Of a stretch of 64,000 nucleotides of DNA, positions 11,995 through 25,139 are shown in pieces; the stretch's first letter is position 1, and every line of letters starts with the position of its first letter. The translations under genes were made by a program, and so were the position numbers. Under the pieces are notes generated by a model, which did not search any database, was not told where the DNA came from, and worked only from the letters and a program-made list of their open reading frames with translations. The stretch is from Mobula hypostoma (taxonomy: Eukaryota), in contig NC_086109.1 in NCBI RefSeq assembly GCF_963921235.1, positions 20,648,001 through 20,712,000 of the forward strand, read 5' to 3'.

Positions 11995-12835
11995 ACTGGA
12001 AGAATGAGCAAAAAAGTGGCACGTGGAATATAGTGTTGGCAAATATATGAGAATGCATTTTGGCAAAATGAATAATAGTGCAGACTATTATCTAAATGGG
12101 GAGAAGGTTCAAACATCAAAGGTGCAGAGGGACTTAGGAGCCCTCGTGCAAGACTCCCAGAAAATTAACCAACAGGTTGAGTCTGAGGCCCAAAAGGCAA
12201 AAGCAGTGTTGGCATTTATTTCAAGGGGAATAGAATTCAAAAGCAAGGAAATAATGCTGAGGCTTTCTAGGACACTAGTCAGGCTGCACTTGGAGTATTG
12301 TCAACAGTTTTGGGCCATATATCTTAGAAAGGATATGTTGTCATTGGAAAAAGTTCAGAGGAGGTTCACGAGGATGATTCCTGGAAAGAAGGGGTTAACA
12401 TACAAGGAGTGTTTGGCAGCTTTGGGCCTGTACTCACTGGAATTTAGAAGAATGCAGGGTGGGAGGAATCTCATGGAAACTTACCAAATGAAAGGACTAG
12501 ATAAGGTGGATGTGGAGACGATGTGTCCTATGGTGGGAGTATCTAGAGGGCACAGCCTCAAAATTGAGAGGCAACCTTTTAGAACAGAGGCAAGGAGGAT
12601 TTTTTTTTAGCCAGAATCTGTGAAATGCTCTGCCACAGACTGCAGTGGAGGCCAAGTCAGTGGATATATTTGAAGTGAAATTTGATAGTTTCCTGATTGG
12701 TCAGGGTATCAAAGGATATGGTGACAAGGCAGGTGTATCTGGTTGAGTGGGATCGGGGATCAGCCATGATGGAATGGCAAAGCACACTTGATGGGCTGAA
12801 TGGCCTAATTCTGCTCTTAACTTTTATGGTCTTAT
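11995..12835 (+). mobile_element. CR1 LINE 3' fragment
   Basis: ORF 12023..12610 (QRDLGALV...LVRLHLEYCQQFW...LEKVQRRFTRMIPG...RGHSLK). 3' UTR gggctgaatggcctaattctgctc...ttatggtctta. Confidence 0.9.
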
Positions 12836-14264
12836 CATCCTTTCACCAGCTCACAAACAGGGTAGGTTGAATTATAAGGAGCCACTGCAGAGGATGGACC
12901 ATTGATAGCTCCCACTCCACGAAGTCTGATTCACCGGGAGCTCAATGTTGTCTCTGCTGATGAGTGGATGATGTTTTTTGTTCCATTCTGGTGTTAGGAT
13001 ATTTTGGAAATTGTATGTAAAACTCATGTCTTGTTACATGCTGTAACAATTCATGACTGTAACACATAGGGATCCATATGGTGGATGTGCAGCTTCCACA
13101 TGTGGTGTCCCTGAGCTGGTTCCAATATGCCCTGAAGAACCCAACATAAAAATTCCCAGTCAACAGCCGAGGCTTAGACCTCATCCTGAGGCTTTCCCCG
13201 TCAAATCATCTATCATCATGATTTAAGCAAAGTTTTTTTTAAAATGTTGTCAAAAAGTATATTAGTTAAAAAGGTAATGTTTTCGTGTTAGGAGCAACGA
13301 GTCAATGCGTGCTTTGTGATGACTTTATGCACGATTTGAAAATGTGTTTGTAATAATTTGTAATGGAAGTGCACGGGCTGTAGCAAGCTGCTTTGTGGTG
13401 AAGTGTGCAGACCACGTAACAGAATCCTTGTATTCTCTGCTTCACAACCCACAGGCAACAGGCGCCTCTCACTGGCTGACTTGATGTGTGCTCAAAAAAA
13501 AAGGGTCACTCTGAAGAAAATAAGAATCCCACTTAGAAACTTACCTGACACCGGGAATAAAAAGGAACCCAACTTTTTTAAAACCCAAATTGAAACAGAT
13601 AACCGCTCACTTGCAAATCAGTCCTGACACAAATGGAGTCACATTGCTACAATACTCCTTAAAGCCATGTACAATTCAGAAGCAGTACAATCCAACAGTT
13701 CAGCAGATTTTCAATTCATCAGCTCAGTGTTGCCAACTAGAAACAATAATAGTGATCAATAAATAGAAGTTAACATTGTACAAACCTGTAAAAAGTATAC
13801 AAAGACCATCAGAAAAGTACGGGAACTTGTTTCTGGGTAGCAACATTAACAGGGGAAAATACTTTAATAGGGAGCTGTAAATGCTCAGACGTTGAACATA
13901 TTCAATATAGTGATGAATAGCTGGACACAAACAGAATGAAGGGATGGAGAGTGGAAAAATGAAACATGATTTTAAAAATACAAGAGACTCTGCTGATGTT
14001 GAAAGTCCAGAGCAACACACAGCAAAAGCAAGAACTCAGCAGGTTAGGCAGCATCCATGGATTCGACATTTTGGGCCAAGACCCTTCATCACGATCCTTT
14101 TTATTAGTGAACTAGACTAAGGAGCAGTTACGATCTACTCTTGCTCCTAATTTGTGGGTTAGCATCAGTGAGACAAAATTGGGCACTGATCTACACAAAC
14201 AGATTATCAGTACCAGTGACCAACTTAGAAGAGTATTCTAGAACTTGGTTCCTTAAGGTTGTTA

Positions 14265-14852
14265 TAGCCGAGGGTGGTAGTTCAGATAAGATCCCACTGC
14301 CTGATAAATACTCCCAATGCATGCGTCTCAAATAGCCTCTGACAACTAAGTCCAGCTCTTGGCCTTCACATGCAGCTTAGCTACTAAGCTTGTTGAAACC
14401 GTTTCTACTGACAGGAGAGGAGGCAAAGGTGGGTTACTGGTGCCTTAAAACCAGTAGCTTCAGGCAGATGGGGCTTGTCAGTCACATTTGACAGTTCATT
14501 TAGGAGAAAGAAATCTCCAATCTCAAATCTCTGCTGCCTTGCAGCTGTACTCACTCCTGGGCAAGGCTTCAGGAGTAACCCCCAAGTAAAACTTTGGAGC
14601 TGGAGTCCCGAAGGCAGTCCTACGTTGACTTCAATGCTGACAGGCAACTCCTGAAGGTCTTATGGTCCTGCAACACTGCTGATGCCTAACTATATTGGGT
14701 CTCTGCTATTCTTTGGGTTCATCAGCTGCATGGAGAAGGGGAGCCTGCTACATGGGCAACAGCTTGCTCTCCTTACCGTGTTACTTTGGCTTGCATATCA
14801 CAAGGACATCTGGGTTGCAACAGCCATGGTTAACCCTGACCAACGGAAGGCC
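14265..14852 (+). mobile_element. Probable non-autonomous retroelement with an RTE/Vingi-like 5' UTR
   Basis: GC-richer block with aggagaaagaaatctccaatctcaaatc and ggagctggagtcccgaaggcagtcc, resembling non-LTR 5' UTRs. Family is uncertain. Confidence 0.35.
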
Positions 14853-15501
14853 CTAGAAAGTGGGGTCTAAGTTATGAAGGCACGTGAACTAAGGATACAG
14901 AGATAAAGACTGGGGACAACGAAGGACGAAATACTTAAGTTTGCAGAAATTTAAAGGTGAAAGAATAGGTGCAGTTTACAAAGATAGAGAAGGGTGCAGC
15001 CAATGAGGGACAAGGATGAGAATATCAAGACCAAGGCACTGCCAGATTGGAAGCCACAGTAGGTCATCGCACACAGGATGAATAGAAATGGGTGCAAGTT
15101 GGGAAATAGACAGCGGGGCTTAAAGAATAACATTTTCAGCTGGAAAATTTGATAAGGCTACACCAAGGCTGAGTTAGGATGGATCCACAAATGGAGGTTC
15201 TAATTCATGATCCATCAGTGGTTACATTACGATCTGAAAATGAAGTTAAACAAGGATGTTTGCACTTGCAAAAGGCACCAAACAGGTGGCCAAATCAAAC
15301 AAAGAACTGCCAGAGCAAATGTATAAAATTAGGGGGTAAAACTTAGGAAACGGACTTCCGGAGTCGAGTATGGAGTGAGTCGGTGCGTGTGAGTGTGGCT
15401 CCCGATTTTTATTGAAAATCTACCTGTTTATCTTTGCCGTATGCTCGAGATAACTGGATATTTACCATTGTGAACAACGCGGGACATAGCTGGACATTGA
15501 A

Positions 15502-16410
15502 ATGGCAAGTAGAATGTACCTTCGAAGTAAAACTGGGGAAAAAGATAGCGAAGCCTCGAGCAAGAAGGCGGATGTTACAGTAATGGCGCCGTTGCACGCT
15601 GCTGGAGCTGGACCCGGACCTGCGCTACCCGACAACTTGGAGAGGCTTCGTTTAGTACTTATTACTGACATGACGCAAGCGGTGCATTCTGCCCTAAAAA
15701 GAGAACTTGAAGATGCTTTATCACCAGTGACTGCTACCATAGAACAAATTATGTCTGCTTACGAGACACACGACGAACGCATTCGTGGGGTTGAAGACGG
15801 CCTGAATGATTACAGTGACCAACTGGTGAGTGCCGAAGCCGCCATTGCAGCGTTGCAGAGCGAAAACGCAGTTCTGAAGGGAAAGCTAGATGACCTCGAA
15901 AATCGGTCGCGGAGATCCAATTTGAGAGTGGTCGGCATTCCTGAAAATTTGGAAGGTTCGGACCCTGTTAAATTTATGACCGAGTTTTTTGACGAAGTGC
16001 TGGGGACAGATTTTTTCCCAAGTCCTCTTGTACTTTCACGTGCTCACCGAGTCAGACGTAAACCATCCGGTGTCTCTGGAGCCAAGCAAATGAGACCAAG
16101 AATGTTCCTGGTTTGCTTTCACTCCTTTCAAGATAAGCAACGCGTCATCAACAGACGGAAGCAGGAGCTGTATTTCCGCGGACACCGCGTGTCTTTTTAT
16201 GAAGATTTTAGTGCGGAGCTGGGTAAAAAACGAACAGCTTTCAAGAAGGTGAAATCCCTGCTTTACGGGAAAGGGGTCAGGTTTGGCCTCTTGTATCCTG
16301 CCCAGCTCCGGGTCATGCATGAAGGTAAAAAGCATTATTTCGATACACCAGAGGCGGCCAAAGAGTTTTACCATTCGCGCTGGGGAGAAGAAGAACGAGA
16401 AGAGCAATGA
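15502..16410 (+). CDS. L1 ORF1p (coiled coil + RRM + CTD; Transposase_22-like), intact, 302 aa
   Basis: Motifs LDDLENRSRRSNLRVVGIPE, RAHR, YEDFS and LLYPAQLRV. Confidence 0.92.
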   Translation: MASRMYLRSKTGEKDSEASSKKADVTVMAPLHAAGAGPGPALPDNLERLRLVLITDMTQAVHSALKRELEDALSPVTATIEQIMSAYETHDERIRGVEDGLNDYSDQLVSAEAAIAALQSENAVLKGKLDDLENRSRRSNLRVVGIPENLEGSDPVKFMTEFFDEVLGTDFFPSPLVLSRAHRVRRKPSGVSGAKQMRPRMFLVCFHSFQDKQRVINRRKQELYFRGHRVSFYEDFSAELGKKRTAFKKVKSLLYGKGVRFGLLYPAQLRVMHEGKKHYFDTPEAAKEFYHSRWGEEEREEQ

Positions 16411-17024
16411 CTTTTTTTTTTAGGCTATTCGTGCAGCATGGAAGAGGTCTCATGCCGAAGCAAACTGTTAATTTTCACAATCCACTTCCTTGTTCATTTT
16501 TTCCAGTTTAATTTGTGGAACGCGATCGGGTCGAACTGCTATGCTGCCGAAACTGATTAACAAAAACTTCCAACCAGCAAAATTTAAATATTTGGGATTT
16601 ATATCTCGGGTGTTTAAGTTGCCCAGTGTGTTTTTTTTTTGTTTTTAAATGCTTAGCTTGACCTGTGTCATCTTTAGCCTATATGTTATATTAAAGGTAG
16701 TATAAGTGATAGGATAAATTTTAAGGAGGGGAGCCACCCTAGATTAGATTGAAAGTTGGGTTGTATGGGGAACGCCTTGGAAGTTTTTTGTTGGGTACTG
16801 CCTGCGATCATCCTCAATTGAGGAGGTAGATCCAGGTTTCAGGGGTTAATTGTTTTTTTTTGTTGTTTGTGTAAAGGGGTGGGGGGAGTGTTTTGGGGGA
16901 TTACCATGGCAGTTTATTCTTTTGTGTGTTACGGATTGATCAGACTTGCTTTTCATTGTGCGTTATTGTGTGCAACTTATACCCTTGCACTGTTTTGGAT
17001 TGTAGGCCCTGTGTGCCTTTTGAT

Positions 17025-20000
17025 ATGGTTAACGTGAGTGCTGCTGGTGGAGGCCACCCTGTGAGGTTTATTTCTTGGAATGTAAAGGGGCTCAATGGTC
17101 CGGTTAAAAGAGCTAAAGTTTTCTCTCATCTGAAACAATTAAAAGCAGATATACTATTTCTACAAGAGACACATTTAAGAGTGGAGGACCATAATAGACA
17201 TCGTAAAGCATGGATTAGTCAGGTTTTTCATTCCAGATTTAATAGTAGGTCCAGGGGGGTGGCAATATTAATCACCAAAAGAATGCAGTTCACACCATCT
17301 GATGTAATCAGTGACCCTAATGGTCACTTTATTATAGTCTCTGGCTCTCTCTTTCAGATACCTGTTATTTTGGTAAATGTTTATGCTCCTAATTGGGACG
17401 ATGTCCAATTTGCAAATAAGGTTTTGTCATTAATACCTAACCTGAATACACATAAGCTAATCTTTTCCGGAGATTTGAACTGTGCTACTGACCCACTGCT
17501 TGATAGGTCTTGCCCTAGGGGAACATTTTCTGGTATGGCAAAGGCCTTCTCGATGTTTATGCAACAAAATGGTTAAATGGATCCTTGGAGATTTTTGAAT
17601 CCATCAGTTAGGCAATTCTCTTTCTTCTCTCATGTTCACCACTCCTATTCCAGGCTAGACTATTTCTTTATAGATAATTCCTTGATACCTATGATTAGAC
17701 AAATTGAATACACTGCTATAGTTATATCTGATCACTCGCCCGTGAAACTGGACCTATGTTTTTCTTTAAACGTTAGAGAACGGCCTCTGTGGAGACTTAA
17801 CCCCCTTTTGCTTTCTAATGAGAAATTTTGTAGTTATATATCGGCTAACATTGACACATTCTTCGAGACTAACAAAACTGAGTCGGTATCGTACTCTTTA
17901 CTTTGGGAAACTTTAAAAGCTTACTTGAGGGGTCAAATAATATCTTATACTTCATATGCCAATAAACAGCGTAGGAAGGAAATGCAAGTGTTATTGAAAT
18001 CTATTTGGGACCTGGATAGAAAATACTCTGAGGCACCCACTGCGGAATTATATAAAAGCCGGGTTGATTTGCAAGCGAAGTTTAATCTTCTATCTACAAA
18101 CCTATCAGAACAATTAATTCTTAAGACACGTGGCCTCTATTATGAATATGGTGACAAGGCGAGCCGGCTTATGGCTCATCAGTTGAAACGTCAAGCTGCA
18201 TCACGACTTATTCCCCAGGTAAGAGACATGCACCAGAACTTGACAAGCAATCCAGAAGAGATTAATAACATCTTTGCAACTTTTTATTCCTCTCTGTATG
18301 CCTCAGAGTTCCCCTCAGATAAAACAAATATGGAACCTTTTTTAGATAAATTGGAAATACCAACTCTTGAACCAGAGGAAGTGGAGAACCTAGATCGGGC
18401 TCTTGGGCAGGAAGAGATTAATAATGCCATTATGGCTATGCAGAGTGGTAAGTCCCCAGGTCCTGATGGTTATCCAATAGAATTTTATAAGAAATTTAAG
18501 GATAAGCTCACACCGGTCCTTCTAGAAGTGTTTCAGGAATCTTTGGAGAATGGCTCCTTACCCCCTTCTCTTTCACAGGCAGCTATTTCACTACTTCTTA
18601 AAAAGGACAAGGACCCAACTCAATGTGGATCATATCGCCCTATCTCACTTTTGAATGTAGATGTGAAAATTTTGGCTAAAGTGCTTGCATGTCGTTTAGA
18701 ACGTCCCCTTCCCAAGATAATTTCAGATGATCAAACAGGTTTTATTAAAAATCGCTATTCTTTTTTTAATATCCGTCGACTGGCTGATGTGGTTTATTCA
18801 CCGAGTGATTCTCCAAGTCCAGAGGTTGTTATCGCCTTGGACGCGGAGAAGGCATTTGATAGAGTGGAATGGGTATACTTATTTAGTGTTTTGGAGAAAT
18901 TTGGATTTGGCAGAATATTTATAGCTTGGGTTAAGCTATTATACCACTCGCCTTTAGCGTGTATACAGACAAATTATTTTCGATCTGACTATTTCCCATT
19001 AACATGTGGCACTCGCCAAGGCTGCCCACTGTCCCCTCTTCTTTTTGCAATTGCAATTGAGCCTCTTTCTATTACCATTAAGTCAACTACATTATTTCAA
19101 GGTGTTAGAAGAGGGGACATGGAACACCGTGTTTCCCTATATGGGGATGACCTCTTACTTTATGTTAGCGACCCTATAGGTAGTAGTCCTGCTATTGTGT
19201 CATTATTAGGTCAATTTGGAGCCTTCTCTGGCTATAAACTGAACTTTCAAAAAAGCAAATGCTTTCCCATTAATAACTTGGCCCTACAGATCTGACAGGA
19301 ATCCTTGCCCTTTCCTTTATCTCAAGATGGTTTTGTATACCTAGGAATACATATTACTCGCTCTTTTACATCTCTGTTTGAAGCTAACTACAGGCCTCAG
19401 GTTAGCCAAATGAAGGCTGATTTCGAGAGATGGCGCAGTTTACCCCTTACTATAGCTGGGAGAATTCAGTCAGTGAAAATGACTATACTTCCTAGATTTC
19501 TCTATTTGTTTCAGTGTTTGCCAGTTTTCTTATCTAAGTTATTTTTTAAATCAGTTGATCAAGCTATAACCTCCTTTATTTGGGAAAATAAGGTCCCAAG
19601 GGTTAATAAGCGCATTCTTCGAAGAGGTCGTGATGTAGGTGGAATGGGTCTTCCCAGCTTTATTCATTATTACTGGGCATTGAACATTCAAAAAGTATTA
19701 TTTTGGCTTCACCGGCCAGATATAATCTGGTGCCTGCTTGAGTCACGGTCTTGCCACTCCTCGTCTCTTCCAGCTTTGGTGTATTCTTCCTTACCATTGA
19801 AATCCTCTCAATTCACATCTAACCCGGTCGTGCTCTCTACCCTCAAAATTTTTAATCAATTTCGCTGCCACTATAAGTTGATATCAGCTTCAGTTTTGGG
19901 CCCCATTCATAAAAACCATTTATTTCCTCCTTCCACATTCGATTCAGCTTTTAGACAATGGGGTTTGAACGGTCTTCTGCGCATTAAGGATTTGTATACT

Positions 20001-20829
20001 GATAACATATTTGATAGTTTTGATAACCAGAGGAGTAAGTATGGCCTTCCGCATAATCATTTCTTTAAATACCTGCAGATTCGCCACTTTGTCAAGGAAA
20101 AATTTCCCTCTTTTCCTGTTCTACCACCTGCTATGTTATGGGAAAAATTCACTCTTAGCTTTAACAATAAAGGGGCTGATTTCTGAACTATACTCTCAGC
20201 TGATGTCTTTGGGAGTTCAAGATCTAAACAAAACTAAGAGTAGGTGGGAGGACGACCTCGGTATGGACCTTGCGGAAGAATATTGGGCAAAAGTATTGAA
20301 TAGGGTTCATTTCTCATCATCATGTCCTAGACTGGGGCTCATACAATTCAAAGTTTTACACAGGGTATATTTAAGTAAAGCCAGACTTGCAGACATATAC
20401 CCTGGGACAGACGCTGGCTGTGACAGGTGTTCCTTCTCTCCAGCTGGTTTAATACATGCATTTTGGTCATGCCCTCGGCTTGATGACTATTGGGCACTGG
20501 TTTTTAAAATTATCAGTGAGGTTTTGGGAGTGACACTGAGACCTTGCCCGCTTATAGCTGTATTTGGTGTGGCAGATGATGATTTGGGTTTAAATGCAAG
20601 CCAGTCGGATATCATTGCATTTACATCGCTATTGGCCCGTAGGAGAATTTTGCTGGTTTGGAAACCTGCCACTCCCCCAACTGCTGCTGCTTGGTTAGAA
20701 GATGTAATGTTTTTTCTGAAATTAGAAAAGATTAAATTCACTTTGAGGGGGTCTGTGAAAAAGTTCTATTCGAAATCGGGACCTTTCTTATCATATTTTG
20801 GGAGTCTTAAGGAATTACCTACTAGTTGA
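17025..20829 (+). pseudogene. L1 ORF2 (APE endonuclease, RT, CCHC) with two in-frame stops and one frameshift
   Basis: EN motifs SWNVKG, LQETH, GDLN, SDH. RT motifs KSPGPDG, LDAEKAFD, RQGCPLSP, LYGDD. CDRC...H...C near the end. Stops at 17574-17576 and 19293-19295, frameshift near 20170-20180. Confidence 0.92.
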
Positions 20830-23114
20830 GGGCATTTGATTGTACTTAGGAAGTTGCCTCCCATTTAACACACTTATAATTTACCTCACAGGGTGGTTGA
20901 TGAATTGTAAATATGAGTGTATTTTCGATCATCTGACATGTCGCAGATGTGTATGAGCTGTCGTATTGAAGTAGTGTGGGGGTACGGTTGTGAAATGTCC
21001 GTACTTGTATTTGTGAATTGTTGTGTGGTAGATATATTAGCTGCCATGATATGTTCGGGGAGGGCAGGTGGGGGGGGAGGTTTGTTTTGGGGGTACGATA
21101 CTAAAGCAAAATGGAGGAAAATGTAATCCATTATATATTCCGTATTGTGTCATTCCTTCAATAAAAACAAAAATTAGAAAAAAAAAACAGGAAACTGAGC
21201 TGATGAGCAGCTGGGAAACTAGCAGAGGCTTCATAAAAGGCTTCTAGTAGAGGAAATATGCTTGCGAAACCAAAAATCAAAGGATCTTCTGCTAAATTTA
21301 CAAAACAGCATTTTCTGGTGTTCTTAAATAATGGCCTACTGCCTTATGATTACACAAAGTTGCAATATAAATTTCTGTGCGAACATGCAGATAAAAAAAG
21401 GCCATGCAAATCAACAATGTTATCAGTAATTGGACTCCAAAAGCAATTGGACTTCACAGTCTCCACCAATATAACAAATGAGCCCTTCTAATGACATTAG
21501 CAAGGCATCAGCCTTCCTCTATGAAATGCACTGGTCACATAAACTACTTAATTCCATGTTATGCATTCTTAGCCAGCTTAGCTGTGGCAAGGAATATCTA
21601 GCATTTATACCAGTTTCTATTCAGCCAAGCATTCAGCTCCAAGAAAAACATCCTGACTCAAGATTATGAATGGAAAATTGAACAAAAGCAGAATCAAGCT
21701 GTTTCTCCACACACTTCATCCATACAGGTGTTTACACGTACCTCTAGGTTCACATATTTAGAAAGACTGCATGGGTAACATAGTAAAAAAAAAATCCAGA
21801 TCTTCATTTTTAAGTTAATTAATGAGATCATGGTTATTACTGTCAAGAATGAAATTTAACGCCCTTTTCTCAAGATACCATCAAGGTGCGAGGGCCTTCT
21901 TACACCTTGTGTGATAATACATGGGACTGCATAATGTTGTCAGGTAATTAGATCCATTAAGTGAACCAAGGATGATAAAGGAACAGCCATGTATTGCCAC
22001 ACTGGGAATGTATGAGACTTTATGGAACAGAATTGATTAGTTATTTTCTCTGTGTATATCCTGACTTTGCAAAGGTTGTGCAGAGGATAGTAGAGGAAAG
22101 TTCTGATGAATATATCTTGGCAAGTCGCTGCAAAACATCCAGTTGGCAGGTAATACTGCCGTAGGGAAGAAACAAGTAAACAAAATCTTGATCAAATATT
22201 AAATTTTAATGAGCACCTTAAAAGGGGAGAAGGAAGCAGAATTTCAGAGCCTTGGGCTGTAGCAGTTAACAACTCAGCTAACGTTAATTGCATTTACCCT
22301 ATTTATGTAGGTGGCTGTCCAGGAGTAGCCTGCAAGAATAAAGGAGGAGCAAAGGACAATTACAGTTCCAGTTACTCTTGTAAAATTATTACTGCTTACA
22401 GTGGGAACAAGGTTTACAGATGAACGTGCGGCAGTATGCACATCAATGTATTTGCAGAGTTAAAACAGAGCAACCTACACAAGGTCAGGCATCCCAGCTA
22501 CTGTTCACCTGCAGAACATGCTCATGTTGCTTTTTCTGGAAAGACCACCACAGAAAACTTCACTGATCAGACTCAGAAACTCGTCCATAATCCGTAAGAC
22601 AAGCAACATTCCAGTTCCTCAACTAATGTCTTCAACGCTATTAGTTTCATCAATACCAATTGCAGCAAGCATTTTCCGAGTTGGGGATGAGGAATGAATA
22701 CCACAGGGTAAAGATTGAGTGCATGCTATTTGCAAGAGAATGGAACAAGCTTTGTAATGTAGAGAGTGTGACGATAGCTGATGTAGACATTAACTTTAGA
22801 TTGTTTAAGAAAGAAAAAAGGAAAGTGGTGATTTTGAAAGGACAGGATGGATTAACTTGATTAGAACTTTGTCTAAGCAAAGAGTAAATGTTAACAAAGA
22901 TTACTTGGTTATGGAGCTAGTGTTTCCCAATTGCAAATACACTGGATCTCTGAATAACACACAGAATTGAAACAAGGCACAGAATAAGCCATCGTCCTTG
23001 TTCTGTTGCTTACTTTCACACCTCTTTATTCCCAACTTTTTCTCAGATGCCTCTGTTCATTTTTACATAAATATATAAACAGTTTACATCTGTATAAAAG
23101 CTCTCCTCCGCTTA

Positions 23115-23865
23115 TCCCTGCCACGGGCCTAAATGCTACATTGCCCATACACCTCCTCCCTCACCTCCATTCAGGGCCCCAAACAGTCCTTCCAGGGGAG
23201 GTAACACTTCACCTGCAAATCTGCTGAGGTCGTCTATTGTGTCCAGTGCTCCCTATGCAGCATCCAGCATCCTCTACATTGGAGAGACCTGTCGAAAATT
23301 GGGGGAATTGCTTCACCGAGCACCTCCGCAACATCTGCCACAAGCCAGGACTTCCTATTAGCCAAATATTTTAATTCCGTTTCCCATTCTGGTGTGTCAA
23401 TCCATGGCCTCCTCTTGTGCCAAGATGAGGCCACCCTCAGGCTGGAGGAGCAACACCTTATATTCCGTCTGGGTAGCCTCCAACCTGATGACATGAATCT
23501 CAATTTCTCCTTCCAGTGAACAAACTTCTTTCTCTCACTCCCTTCCTCATTCTGACCCTTCACTTCCTCTCATATGCCTATTATATCCCACTGGGTACCT
23601 TCCTCCTTCTCTTTCTCCTATTGTTCACTCTTCTGTCCTATCAGATTCTTTCTTCTCCAGCCCTTTATCTTTCCCACCCACCTGGCTTCACCCATCGCCT
23701 TCTAGCTAACCTCTTACCTTTTTATTCTGGCATTTTCCCCCTTCCTTCTCAGTCCTGAAGAAGGGTCTCAGCTTGAAACTCTTTTCCATAGATGCTGCCC
23801 AACCTGCAGAGTTCCTCCAGCATTGTGTATGTGTATTGCTTTGGATTTCCAGCATCTGCAGCCTT
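23115..23865 (+). mobile_element. Penelope-like element 3' part (GIY-YIG endonuclease remnant plus tail with degenerate hammerhead)
   Basis: ctctacattggagagacc (LYIGET) and cttcaccgagcacctcc (F.EHL). Tail begins agtcctgaagaagggtctcagcttgaaac. Confidence 0.8.
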
Positions 23866-24290
23866 TCTAGTGCTTGTGATTTAAAACTCCTGGTGATCTC
23901 AGCATCCAATGTCATTTGGAGGAAAATGTTACCAACGGCAACACTTCTTTCATATGAAAAAAGACCATTTTGGTTTCACGCACAGATTCATTTTAACCTT
24001 TCTTCACTGAGTTTTTCTGTGAATGCTGAATATTTTAAGGTTTTAATCAATTCATACAGGTAAAGGCAATGCCTTAAATGTTGTCGTAAACACAAGATAA
24101 TCTACAAACTGTCAACTACTTTGAAAATGGAAAAGACATTCATTAAAGGAAACCAAGATATTTTACTTGAACCTTCTAATAGCGATTTTCCTCCCTGGGA
24201 ATCTCAGTGGGTGCACAGCAATCTGGTGCAGAATTACAGTACGATGGGAGGAAAGAGATTTTGCTTTTAAATAATGGATTTAATACTTAC

Positions 24291-24373
24291 TAATATGAGT
24301 CCTGATATGAGAGAGGATGTCCCTGTTAATGCCACATAGAACTTCGGAGTCAATGTGTTGAGAAATGCAGTTA
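24291..24373 (-). CDS. ST7L: ST7-family coding exon (equivalent of exon 2), 83 nt: [28 protein letters not shown]
   Basis: Lies within ORF 24267..24449. cgtttcag|TAACTGC...ATATTA|gtaagt. Phase 1 in, phase 0 out. Hydrophobic [17 protein letters not shown] motif of ST7/ST7L. Confidence 0.95.
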
Positions 24374-24729
24374 CTGAAACGAACAAAAATAATTTATAGG
24401 TAAACAAATTCCAAAAACAACGCAAGCGCAAGAAAATATTGCAAATCATTTCTTCAGTCTAGCAGGCGGACAAAGGGAAAAATCAACCTGCTGGATAAAC
24501 TCAGTGGATCAGGCAGTATCTGTGAAAGGAAATGGAAAGTCAACATTTCACTCATCTGGACTTAAAAGATAGTGGGGGGGAGGGTAATAGCTGGTACTTA
24601 CTACCGATTTAATATCACTTTCTTATTCATTCTGTCCAGTTGTTCTTAACTTCATAAATAAGATTGAGAATAATTATCCTTGTCAGCCATGGTTTAATAA
24701 GCAGTATTTTTGTCAGAAGATACATTCAC

Positions 24730-24920
24730 ATTTCCACTTGACACAAAACATAGGAACAGAATTAGGCCATTTGGCCCATCAAGTATGACCATTATGGCTG
24801 ACTTACCATCCCTCTCAACCCCACTTTCCTGTCTTCTCCCTGTAACCTTTGACACCCTTACTGATCAAGAACCTATTAACCCCCACTTTATATACACACT
24901 ATGACACGGCCTCCACACCA
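24730..24920 (-). mobile_element. CR1 LINE 3' tail
   Basis: Reverse complement resembles 12640-12835. Confidence 0.7.
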
Positions 24921-25139
24921 CATACTTGAGCACATAGTCCAAGCCAATTCTTTCAGTACCAGTACCACAAGAGTGAAACACTTTCCAAACTATTCCCACT
25001 CAGGTGAAATATTAAACCATGCATATATTTATCTGTTCACAGAAATTCCAAGATGCCCACTGGCTCTACTCTAAGATCACTAGTGGAATTCTAGTATCCT
25101 GGCCTATCTTCACCCCTCAAACTTTGCTGTAAACAGAAA

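Larger units (their letters stand above)
15352..21187 (+). mobile_element. Full-length L1-clade LINE (~5.8 kb), antisense to the host gene
   Basis: Starts GGACTTCCGG. Contains ORF1, a T-rich spacer and ORF2 (EN, RT, CCHC). AATAAA at 21160 and A-rich tail. Candidate TSD AGGAAAC at 15345-15351 and 21189-21195. Confidence 0.95.
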
